A DNA stretch of 63,307 bases, the filler included, from Craspedostauros australis (lineage: Eukaryota), in the NCBI GenBank assembly GCA_030167865.1. It is 10 parts of 10 records of this genome, joined end to end, with 100 filler letters (N's around TTAATTAATTAA, not from the genome) between each part and the next. Parts side by side here need not be neighbours in the genome. Positions count along the whole stretch, not along the records: positions 38,017 to 48,570 come from JALAGF010004849.1; positions 48,671 to 50,386 come from JALAGF010004850.1; positions 50,487 to 51,948 come from JALAGF010004852.1; positions 52,049 to 57,957 come from JALAGF010004854.1; positions 58,058 to 59,096 come from JALAGF010004855.1; 5 more parts are not named here. One strand, 5' to 3'. The notes beneath the pieces were generated by a model that saw only the letters and a program-made list of their open reading frames with translations, had not been told where the DNA came from and made no database searches. Both the position numbers and the translations under genes were made by a program. This document shows positions 48,111 to 59,196 of this stretch, in pieces; within the stretch, counting starts at the first letter, position 1; each line of letters begins with the position of its first letter.

Positions 48111-48670
48111 TTCAGCTCAATCGCCCCTTGCTTTTCAAGAGGGTCCTTGCTTCGCATTCGTTGTTCGTGCTGGTGCGTGTCTTCGTGCCGGAACAACTCT
48201 CGAACGCGTGGGGGTGTTTTTTTTTNNNNNNNNNNNNNNNNNNNNNNNNNNNNNNNNNNNNNNNNNNNNNNNNNNNCATCATACTCTTGCCCAGTGTACT
48301 TCGATTCTTCACTCGTCACTCTCCACACCTGTGACGAAAGTGAGCATGTTCGTTCGCAGGGGGGCAGGCAGCATCATGTCCTCCCTTTCCTGTCCTGATA
48401 GGCACGCGTCATTGCATGATGAACCCTGCTTGTGTCGCTTCCCTGCTCGTGTCGCTCTCATCGTCGGCTGTTGCTGTGAACATCCTCCCTCCGCTGAACG
48501 TGCGTGTGATTGCACAGTCCAGATGTTTCTCTGGTGTTTTCGTTCGTTTCATTAGGACACACTCGGATTGNNNNNNNNNNNNNNNNNNNNNNNNNNNNNN
48601 NNNNNNNNNNNNNNTTAATTAATTAANNNNNNNNNNNNNNNNNNNNNNNNNNNNNNNNNNNNNNNNNNNN

Positions 48671-50386
48671 CATGAAAACAATCGCAAGAAGGCTCGCGCC
48701 GTATGTGATGGATCGACCCGTGGCGGCAGTGTGCGCGTTTTTGGTCACACCTACGCGGCGACTCCGGATCTCACCGAGTTTCGCATCCTGGTGGCCATTG
48801 CTGCAGTACAAGGACTGCTGGTGTATGGGGCCGACGTTGCCAATGCGTTTGCGGAGGCACCTGCCAGTGCGCAGCGGTACTACATGCGGGCGGATGATCA
48901 GTTTCGCACCTGGTGGCAACACAAGCATGGCGAGGTTCTGGATCGACGCATGGTGGTACCTGTTCTCAAGAATCTCCAGGGCCATCCTGAGGCGCCCCGA
49001 CAGTGGAGTCTACACGTCAACCGTCTTCTCAAGGACATGGGATTCTCTGCCACTACGCAAGCGCCGTGTTTGTACACCGGTGAGCTCTGTCAGCACAAAG
49101 TTTACGTGCTTCGGCAGGTGGATGACTTTGCAGTGGCAACTCGCGATGAGGCTTCCTACGTCAGATTCTGTGACATGCTCGATGCTCGTCTGAATCAGCC
49201 CATCACTCGACACGGTCTCTTCGCGCATTACAATGGGCTGGATCTCATCCAGGCAAGGCGGCATGTGACGGTGCACTGCTCTACCTACATTGACAAGGTG
49301 CTACAACGGCACGATTGGCAGGGACTGAAGTCTTCACAACGCCTACCCATGCGAGCGGATAATGGGCACGTGCGCCAGTTGGATCAAGCTGTCCTACCTG
49401 ACTCGGATGCCGAGCGACAACGTCTGCAGTCCGAGTTCTTCAACTACCGACAGGCCATTGGCGAGCTCATATGGGCCATGGTTTCGTGTCGACCTGACAT
49501 ATCGTTCCCGGTGGTCAAGCTGAGTCAGTACTCCATGAACCCTGCGCGTGTTCACTACGAGGCAGTCAAGTATCTCTTTCGGTACATTGCGGCCACCAGG
49601 GAGTTTGGGGTTACATACTGGCGACAGTCTCCTCTCATGCAACTTGCGGGTGTTCCCAACCCGCGACGGCTGTCCCCTGCCGGCGACAAGCGTCACGACA
49701 CAACGGATCAGGGCACTATCCAGGCAACTTCGCTGTATGCCTACGTGGATGCTGATTGGGGCGCCGACACCAAGCATCGTCGGTCTACAAGCGGCATTGC
49801 TTTCCTTCTGGGTGGCGCAGCTGTCGCGTGGAAGACTCGCGTGCAACCTACCGTCTCTCTCAGCACTTCCGAGGCCGAGTTCCTTGCCGCCAGCGATGCT
49901 GGCAAGATGGCGCTCTGGCTTCGGTCTATTCTCGATGAGATTGGCGTTGCGCAGACACATGCGACGCTCATCTACGAGGACAATCGAGGCGCAAGAATGA
50001 TGGCTAACGCCAACCAGCCGACACGGAACTCCAGGCACATTGACATTCGCNCATTTGCCGTCAGCGATTGGGTGGACAGAGATCTTATCCTGATCACCGA
50101 CGTGCCTTCGGACCTCAATGCCGCGGACGTGTGCACCAAACAGACGCCTGTGGTTCTGTTCTATCGGCATACGGATCTGCTCATGGGACGCATACCGCCT
50201 TTCTACGTACAGCCATGAGTGCTCCCCATGGAGTGTGGTGATCCCTGTCTTCTCTACGACAGAGTCGATTATTTCCGCTAGCTTACGCCAGCGTGGGGGG
50301 GGGGTGTTGGCATCCGTACACCCGTACGATGACAGACGTCATCAGCAGCAGCAGCAGCGAACACAACAAAAGTCATCACCACTCTG
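48671..50386 (+). mobile_element. Ty1/Copia 3' fragment (third family): RT-RNase H, PPT and start of the 3' LTR
   Basis: Open frame 48671-50218 with KKARAVCDGS, ADVANAF, LQGHPEAPRQW, LRQVDDF, RPDISFPV, YVDADWG, LSTSEAEF, YEDNRGA, NAADVCTK. G10 PPT at 50295-50304, followed by TGTTGG (LTR start at 50305). Confidence 0.93.
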
Positions 50387-50486
50387 NNNNNNNNNNNNNN
50401 NNNNNNNNNNNNNNNNNNNNNNNNNNNNNNTTAATTAATTAANNNNNNNNNNNNNNNNNNNNNNNNNNNNNNNNNNNNNNNNNNNN

Positions 50487-51948
50487 ATGGTCCCCAATGG
50501 GTGCGTTCCGAGTGGTTATATGCCGTATTTGCATATTTAGGGGTTCTGCGGTCAAATTTCGTCACACACATGAAGTTGAATATTCACCAACACTGAATAT
50601 CGTGTTCTGGCTAGAAGTGCATAGGAATGATCGATCCGCAAGCGCACCAACGATAGTGGGCCATGGCATGGTCCTCCATGGGTGCGTTCCGAGTGGTTAT
50701 AGGTCGCCAATGCATATTTAGGCGTCCTCCGGTCAAAATTGGTGATTCATATGACTGTGAATATTCAGCAACACTGAATATCGTGTTCTGGCCAGATGTG
50801 CATACAAATCATCGATCCGCAAGCAAACCAACGCTGGCGGGCCATGGCATGGTCCCCGATGGGTGCGTTCCAAGTGGTTATAGGTCGCCAATGCATATTT
50901 AGGCGTCCTCCGGTCAAAATTGGTGATACACGCGAAGTTGAATATTCAGCGCCACTGAATATCGTGTTCTGGCCAGATGTACATAGGAATGATCGATCCG
51001 CAAGCAAACCAACGCTGGCGGGCCATGGTATGGTCCCCGATGGGTGCGTTCCAAGTGGTTATAGGCCGTAATTACATAGTTAGAGGTCCCTCCGGTCAAA
51101 TTTGGTGATACACGCGAAGTTGAATATTCAGCGCCACTGAATATCATGTTCTGGCCAGATGTACATAGGAATCATCAATGCGCGAGCAAACCAACGACGT
51201 TGAGCCATGGTATGGTCCCTGATGGGTGCGTTCCGAGTGGTTATAGGCCGTAATTACATATTTAGAGGTCTCTCCGTCCAATTTCGTGATACACATGACA
51301 GTGAATATTCAGCAACACTGAATATCATGTTCTGGCCAGATGTACATGTAAAGGATCAATGCGCGAGCATACCAACGATAGTGGGCCATGGTATGGTCCC
51401 CGATGGGTGCGTTCCAAGTGGTTATAGGCCGCCATTGCATATTTAGGCGTCCTCCGGTCAAAATTGGTGATTCATATGACTGTGAATATTCAGCANCACT
51501 GAATATCGTGTTCTGGCCAGATGTACATAGGAATGATCAATACGCGAGCAAGGCAACGATGGTGGGCCATGGTATGGTCCCCAATGAGTGCGTTCCGAGT
51601 GGTGATAGACCGCCATTGCATATTTAGAGGTTCTGCGGTCAAAGTTGGTGATTCATATGACAGTGAATATTCAGCGCCACTGAATATCGTGTTCTGGCCA
51701 GATGTACATGTAAAGGATCNATNCGCGAGCATACCAACGATAGTGGGCCATGGTATGGTCCCCNATGGGTGCGTTCCAAGTGGTTATAGGCCGCCATTGC
51801 ATATTTAGGCGTCCTCCGGTCAAAATTGGTGATTCATATGACTGTGAATATTCAGCACCACTGAATATCGTGTTCTGGCCAGATGTACATAGGAATGATC
51901 AATGCGCGAGCAAATCAACGATGGTGGGCCATGGTATGGTCCCCCATG
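50487..51948. repeat. 181-bp tandem satellite, about 8 monomers, filling the whole contig
   Basis: CCATGG(C/T)ATGGTCC, TGAATATTCA and GTTCTGGCCAGATGT recur every 181 nt; monomers are imperfect copies. Confidence 0.95.
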
Positions 51949-52141
51949 NNNNNNNNNNNNNNNNNNNNNNNNNNNNNNNNNNNNNNNNNNNNTTAATTAA
52001 TTAANNNNNNNNNNNNNNNNNNNNNNNNNNNNNNNNNNNNNNNNNNNNGACAGTTCATCGACGTAGTGTGAACATGGTATTACGGTTGGTCACTAGTTAT
52101 GTTATGTTGGTTGTTCGTGCTGCATGGGACTCACTCCAGTC

Positions 52142-54085
52142 TTACTCAGTCTCTGTGGTTTCGCCCTCCTTGGTGTCGGGGTTCTCCGGTGGTGCGTCGA
52201 CCTGCTCGGTCTTGGGGCTCACCGGCGGCCAGTAGTACTCCTCCTCCTCGTCGTCGTCCGACTCGCAGTCAATCTTAATCAACTCAGCAACACGAATCCT
52301 GCGAATGACTGTGGCGCAACGCTGAGTGCTCGCGCTGGAGACAACAGCGGAAGGCACCACGACGGGGTCAGGAATATCAGCGCGACGAGCACGTCTGCGA
52401 GCAGCAGCGCGGCGGGAAGCACGAGTAGACGTGTCCATCGAACCCACAGTCACACGAGATGATTGACGAGCGGACTGCACAGTGAAAAGAAAGAACCCAA
52501 GGATGTGTGAGTGAACAAGTGGGAGTTGTGAAGAACAGAAGACGAAACCGGTAACGAAAACACTTACTCTTGCAGAATGTCCTGATCCGGTAGCTCGGCG
52601 ACCACGAGCAACTGTCATGCGAACAGGAGCAGGACGGGAAAATGTGCATTCGTCATCGGATGAACTGTAGTCATCCTCTGTACGGTGAGCACGATTGTTG
52701 AGCTTAAGTTTGCTACGCCTCTCTGTTCGCCCGTAACGCGCCAAGTTGGTGGCGCAATGGGTGACCGGGCTCGCGCTGTAGACCGGCACCATGCGCACGA
52801 TCAGCAGGGGCGCATCAGTGTGCACATCGCTCTCCCGATCATTGATGCCAACAGAAGGATTGATAAAATCAATCCCATGCATGGCTTGGTCAACAGTCAT
52901 TTCAAACCGGTCACTGACTTGGATCGGCAGAAATTCCTTGTGCACGCGGACAGGACGTGGGTGGCCGCGACACATGTTGCGAACAGCAAGCGCGTAGGAT
53001 TCGCTGCGTTCTCGTTGCCCGCGGAAAGAACGAATCTTGAGGTGCGGAGGAACCGTTTCGTTGAGGCGCTCAAGCAGCTCCTTGTCGGTGGCGGCGGATG
53101 ACGCGAGCTCTTGGTTCTGATCGAGCTTGACCTCCAACACGCGCCCATGCTCCTTGATCAGCACGTTGACATCGCCGTAGCAAGTCCCGCCAGGCAGCTC
53201 AAACGTGATTTCGAACACCTCCCCACGACCGGCTGGGGAGTACGCGTGGCGCACAGCGGGCAAGAAAATTTCGGTGTTCTTGTTCATCCACGTTTCAATC
53301 GCACGCGCACGACTGGGGCCCTCTTGCAAGGGTGTCCCAGTTACAGTGTTCGTCACCAGCATGCCACGACTTGCAGCAACGCCAGGAGGAGCAGCAGGAG
53401 GAGAAGCCACATGCGGTGGAGGGGCATGAACAGACGAGGGCTCAGTACGAGCAGCAGTCATCGTGTCCATGGCGTTGTAGAGAGGTCTTGGGGTTGGTGA
53501 TGGATGGGTGGGGATGGGCGATGCCATGTGCGCCGTGTTTGGTTCGGCGGAGGGACGGGCTGTTGTTGGCATCGCGGCTGGAGCAGTGGGTGCCGGGCTG
53601 TAGGCCATGCGCGAAAAAGCGTCCATGGTTTCCTTCGCGTCTTCGGGTTGCTGCGTTGATACTTTGTTGATCGCTTTGTCAAATTGATCTTTGTACGCAG
53701 TTGCGTTCGCGACAAGATCGGAAACGTTGGGAGAGAATTTTGTATCCATGCGCACTGAGAAGGGTGAGAATGATGCGGTGAATAAACGAGTAACAATTGA
53801 TAACTTGTAGGCATGCACGCGTAATCACGTACCGGCCTTAGTCGCCTTCTTCGCGCGGTTTCTCTTCACGGTACTGCGCAAATTCCGAAGGTTCCGAGCG
53901 AAGTTGCGCCTGGACAGGAATGCCAAATCGGGATTCTCTTTCCACACATTCCCCGGGGTCTTCTCCATCGGAATTTCGCCGCTCTGGATCTTCGCCCTCA
54001 ACTCGCGGATCTGAGGGTACAGCTGCTCGTTCCACTCCGCTCCATCGGAACTGTCTTGTTTCGCCGGAGCGGCCTTCCTCGGCAT
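52142..54085 (-). CDS. Putative accessory gene of the Harbinger-like element (helical DNA-binding-like N-domain + alpha-crystallin/HSP20-like domain), 3 exons
   Basis: Exons 54085-53833, 53754-52568 and 52474-52142. Introns are GTACGT..TCAG (phase 1) and GTAAGT..GCAG (93 nt, in frame). N-domain W...IRELRAKIQSGEIP...PGNVWKENP...FARNLRNLR; middle FEITFELPGG...DVNVLIKEHGRVLEVK. Confidence 0.65.
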
Positions 54086-54793
54086 GTTGCGGCGGCACTT
54101 ACTTGTGAATCGTGAACCAGGGATCGATTTTGTATCAACGTCATTTGTGAGATAAAGACTTCCATTCCGATGCAACCCACCATTCGTGTGCGACGCGCGA
54201 TGAACTGGCGCCTTGCGACGCTGACAGGATTGGCGGAGCAATGGACCAGCGCGTTGCAGCGTGATAAACCGAAACACAAAAATACGGGATACGTAGACGT
54301 CTACTATACAGTACTAGAGCTCAACGCATCCGTTTTGCCTTCGATTTTCCCTTAGTACATCTGTTTTGATATACTTGTTTCCAATTAATGTATACATTGA
54401 ATGAACATAGCTGTTTCCTAGATCATAAAGAACTATACCCCTACGAGTATAAGTGTATATCTAGCGTTCGTCTACATTCAACGCTCAACGTATCTTTTTT
54501 GATTTGCTCCTGTTAGTCGACGACTGTGGAGAAACATGGGTCTTCTGTCATGTGAGACACTGGGCCGTTACATACACATGTAATTACGCGCATGTGTTGG
54601 CTCTTCACCAACTGCTTCGTGAGGAACGACATGGGGAGCTCGTTTGTGGGGCGCCGACCAGACAATGATGCGAGGTGCGCGTCCGCTTCACCATGTGCTT
54701 CTAAGTGCAACACGTCGGGATAGACATCGACACGACATGGACCTGCGACAAGCACGACATGGACATGCGACAGACACCGCGCAGGATCGGCAC

Positions 54794-54848
54794 CGACGAG
54801 CAAGCGACGAGCAAGGAACGAGCAAGCGACGAGCAAGCGACGAGCAAA
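54794..54848 (+). repeat. 11-bp tandem array 1 (CGACGAGCAAG x5)
   Basis: Read directly from the sequence. Confidence 0.92.
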
Positions 54849-55151
54849 TTGCTCAAAATTACCGTGGATTTGTCACTGTGACATGCTGCGAAAACGGCCA
54901 TACTACGGTGTCTAGTCTAGTTTATGTTCAAGGGCGATAGAGTGCACGTTTTAAAAATTAGAATGCATGAATGTAAGCGCACGATCTACATCATGGTAGC
55001 GCACGTATTTGATCTGGATTGCAACATCATTCTGAAACACAGTTGATAACAGAGGTTTGCATCGCGGCGTCTCCAGACTGATCACCTACGATACTGCGAC
55101 ATCTCTCTATATGTAAAGTGCGGTAAGCGACATGTCGATTTTTCAAAAAAA

Positions 55152-55217
55152 CGACGAGCAAGCGACGAGCAAGCGACGAGCAAGGGACGAGCAAGCGACG
55201 AGCAAGGGACGAGCAAG
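55152..55217 (+). repeat. 11-bp tandem array 2 (C/GGACGAGCAAG x6)
   Basis: Same unit and orientation as array 1. Confidence 0.92.
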
Positions 55218-55928
55218 GAACGCGACTTCAGCGCGACGTGAGCACGACGTGAGCACGACTAGTACAAGACCGATTCACGACAAGGGTAAGACTCCACGAC
55301 AGTGCGCGGTCCGATGTTGTGTATTCATGGCTGCATGTCCATGATTGTTCATGTTGAGCGCAAGGTCAATTCTGGACTCCCCAGACAGAGGTCAGCAGCA
55401 CGCGTGCAAGAATGATACAGCACACAGGAGGACATTCAGCTTGATACACGTTTCCTTCCCTTCCAGAGCGTGCTTGCTTGCAGTGCCTGGGCGAACGGAG
55501 CAGCGCGCACCTTCGTTCAAGAGAGCCTCCCACGAAGTCGTGGATGTGCTCTGATCATTACACTTAATACGGCAACGAAGGAATTATTTCGCTCTTTCGT
55601 CCGTTGAATCCTGCCTTCCTCGGCACCTTGGTCACAGTGATGCACAACTGAGCGCGGCATGGGAGGACAACAGTACACTTTGTCCGCCTTCTCTGCGATT
55701 ACCGCGGAAGAGCGCCCTCGCTTGATTGGCTCCCCCACAGCAAAGCACGGAACAACTACTGTAGCTGGAGAGCATGCGAAGCCCCACAAGAACGCTCGTT
55801 TCGTCATTGGCAAGTCGCAGTTGACTTGCGCACAATTAGTACTAGTTCAACGGTTACTTGTTGACATTGTTGTTTTTCGCCTCATTTTGACATTTCTAGT
55901 TGCACAAGATCTCATAATTCGCAACAAC

Positions 55929-56948
55929 ATGAGAATGCTTCTACCAAGTGGAACATTTGCCACCGTGGGGTTCGGGCTGATTGGGTCACGCCCAAGAGGC
56001 TTGGACACGAACAACCTTTCCAGGGAGGCACTGCGACAGTTCGCATCCGTGTTCGGAACACACCCTGACATCGTGCACATCTTGTGGAACGAGCTCTGCC
56101 ACGCGCGAGCTCTGCCACGCGCGGCGAAACCAAAACATCTCCTGTGGACGTGCGCGTTTCTTCGTCTGTACATGTCTGAGACTGCTCTGGCCACCATGTG
56201 CAAGTGTTCGGCCAAAACACTTCGGAGATGGATGTGGCTGATGATGACAGCCGTTGAAACCGTTAAGGATCGCATTGTAAGTACTAATTTATTCGCACAC
56301 ACGAACTACGATACAAAATTCTGTTCACTGCATTCACTCACACATGATTCTGATTTTTCCTGGTACCGCTCCAATTGACAGATTGTCTGGAACCGTCGTT
56401 TCGTTGGCGCAAGTCACGATGCAAAAGCGCTTGTCACTGTGGACGGGACTGACATGCGAATCACCGAACCCAAACCGTTTAGCCACAAGTGGTACTCGTT
56501 CAAGTTTCGCGCTTCTGGTGTGCGCTATGAGTTGGCTGTTGCGATTTCCACTGGTGAGATCGTTTGGGCGAATGGGCCCTTTCCGTGTGGCCTGCTGAAC
56601 GATCTCTCGATCTTCCGCCTGGGACTGAAACCGAAATTAGTACAGCACGAAGTCGTCGTTGCAGATGCCGGATACCGTGGGGACCCTTGTGTGTTTCCCC
56701 CAACTTTTCGCGCGGATGGCATCATGCGGTGCCGCCACGAAACGGTCAACAGGCGAATCAAGCACTGGCAATGCATGCACCTGAAGTGGCGGCACCACGT
56801 GGACAAGCATCGCCTTGCATTCAACGCGGTTGCCATCCTCACCCAAATTGAATTGAGCAACGGCTACCCCTCGTTTGACGTGGTTGTCGCGATGCAAGAA
56901 GCACGCGAACGTGCCTTCGCCCGTGCAGATGCACAACACACACACTAA
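55929..56948 (+). CDS. PIF/Harbinger (IS5-like, DDE_Tnp_4) transposase, 2 exons, apparently intact
   Basis: Exons 55929-56276 and 56382-56948 (GTAAGT..ACAG intron). HTH-like PKHLLW...LRLY.SE...KTLRRW; catalytic TVDGTD, KWYSFKF, GPFPCG..ND, VADAGYRG, RHETVNRRIK. Confidence 0.9.
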
Positions 56949-58114
56949 TTAGCGCATCCCACCTAGTACAAACAAATAGCCAGAATTTAACAAGCATAAA
57001 ATTATAATCGTAGATGTCCTCCCTTGTCTGTTGTAGTGAGTTCGTGTTTGGTGTCCTGGTTTGAAAAAAGGCAAGCACAGCATCGCACTGACTGATTCAT
57101 CGTGTAAGTGCTGTGCTTTACTGTGGGGAACACTATTTGTCAACAATGCATCTCGGACCCACTGACAGTGCAGTGTGGAGAACGGGTAAGGACGTTCGTC
57201 CCCATGGGGTGACATGCTTCCTTGATCCAAAGAGGATGGACTAGGCAACCTGACACGAACTTGTACGCAAGAGAGTCCTGTTACGATACAGTGAATACAT
57301 CAGAGAAACACCAGGTTGCCGTGGAACCCCGTGGACGCGGAGTGGAGGTGGTTGGGCGCATGGGGCACCACCGCCACCACCGCCACCACCGGGGACAGGA
57401 GAGACACAAACGCTGTTGCCACCACCAACTGATGCAGCGCACATGACGAACAGCACGCGAACTGATTGTGCTGCCTTGAAACAAGAACGATGGTGGAGGA
57501 AACAAACGACTTTGCGTGGGCGGAGTGTGACAGTGGACGAACGCGTTGATTGAACTGCAGAGTATGATGCATTATTCTGTGTATGTTGTACGACCACCGT
57601 GATGCATCTGAACAGCAATGTGAGATGGAACCGCCTGGGACAAAGGCACAAAAGTTACCCCGCGCGAAGAAACGTACGAGTTGGAAAGACGATGTCCACC
57701 TGAGGACATCTCGCCGACAAGAAAGGGGCAAATGTGTCCCACGGCGATGATGAAGGAAAGGGGCGATGCCATGGGTCGTGGGTCTGGAAATTTGCGTGTG
57801 TTGGAGCAGACGCGACAGGGGTGGAACGAGCGCAAAGCGGACATCACCGTCATTGGCACACAGTGCAGGACATGTCGAGCACGTGCGTAAATGAGCTCGA
57901 CGTCATGTCGACACGGGAAAGGCGTGCTCAAGTAGTCCCATTTGTGCATGACTTTACNNNNNNNNNNNNNNNNNNNNNNNNNNNNNNNNNNNNNNNNNNN
58001 NTTAATTAATTAANNNNNNNNNNNNNNNNNNNNNNNNNNNNNNNNNNNNNNNNNNNNCCTGGTCGCGACAACTCACGATGAGACTGCCGATAGGTTTCAG
58101 AGGGCCTTTACGCT

Positions 58115-58231
58115 CCAAGTTTTTACGTGTGTCTTGCTTCATGGGCTTTCACCTTTGTCGATGCTGACCAGGCCAAGTGTTTACGTGTGACTTGCTTCAC
58201 GGGCTTTTACACCTTTGTCTTTTAGCTGACC
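58115..58231. repeat. Two-copy ~58-bp imperfect tandem duplication
   Basis: CCAAGT(T/G)TTTACGTGTG...CACCTTTGTC...GCTGACC starts at 58115 and 58173. Confidence 0.75.
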
Positions 58232-59196
58232 NGCTATCGTAAGTAACGCAGTGGTGCGGAACTTGGTTGTTTTAGGGAAGAATTACTCCACCTGCGATAT
58301 TCGCAACAGTGGGTGAGCCTTTCTGTACTCTGGCAGGGCGAAGCGGGTGTGGCGGCACGTAGCAATCTGCGCACACGAGCAATTGGTCCGTCGTCACGAA
58401 CGCGTTGGGCCTTTCTTGGGCCGGAATCAAAGGTAGGGGACAGCGTGATGTCACCAAGGCATGCGCAGCACTTCAGTATCCGTTCACTCTCACGATAGAT
58501 GCTTGCGACTGTTAATCTGATAATCAGCAATTACACACAGGANNNNNNNNNNGCACCAAACACTGCACTTACTACGCCGCCAGGGTGATCAATCCGTCAG
58601 GTGGAGTTGGAGATGTTTGGTGTTTGTTGTTGTTCTAATAGGTTGTGTTCAATTGATGATTGAGTTTGGATTATGAGATGATGATCTCCTATTTCTAATG
58701 ATGGTACCTAATGCACGGTTGCTAACGTGCTGCTCGATTACCTCGTGTTGTATCTCGCAGTCTTTCCTAAAACATTGCCCAAGATGGCATGTTGATTTAC
58801 ACGATATCCCGTGTTATTCTTGCCCTTGGGTCTTTCCTCATCTCTCCTGGTCTTGCCTAATCTTGATCTCTGTTTGATCACATATGGATTGATCTGTCTA
58901 CGTCGACAAGGTGCATGCATCACCTCTGACGATGTTGTTCTGGATCCTAAATGTTGTTGCCACGTGCCCGATGATGCACTCGGCATGGCTAGACAGGTCT
59001 GATGGCAAGTTTCGCTCACGGTAACCTACGATCGTGGAAGATGGTGTTGGTTGATAGTCGTCTGTTTGCTATTTCATTACTTGGCTACTCCGATCCNNNN
59101 NNNNNNNNNNNNNNNNNNNNNNNNNNNNNNNNNNNNNNNNTTAATTAATTAANNNNNNNNNNNNNNNNNNNNNNNNNNNNNNNNNNNNNNNNNNNN

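Noticed and set aside
50487..51948. Possible CRISPR array, or repeated small ORFs (MVWSPMGAFQVV...)
   Set aside because: Whole 181-bp units repeat with no unique spacers and there are no cas genes; the ORFs are by-products of the satellite.
54794..55217. 11-bp arrays as CRISPR repeats or telomeric repeats
   Set aside because: Units are head-to-tail without spacers and do not resemble TTAGGG-type repeats.
52049..57957. Terminal inverted repeats/TSD of the Harbinger-like element
   Set aside because: None found by eye; element ends probably lie outside the contig, so membership of the partner gene remains an inference.
58550..59096. Possible LTR on the minus strand of the small contig
   Set aside because: Composition is suggestive, but there is no second copy, clear TG..CA ends or coding domain.
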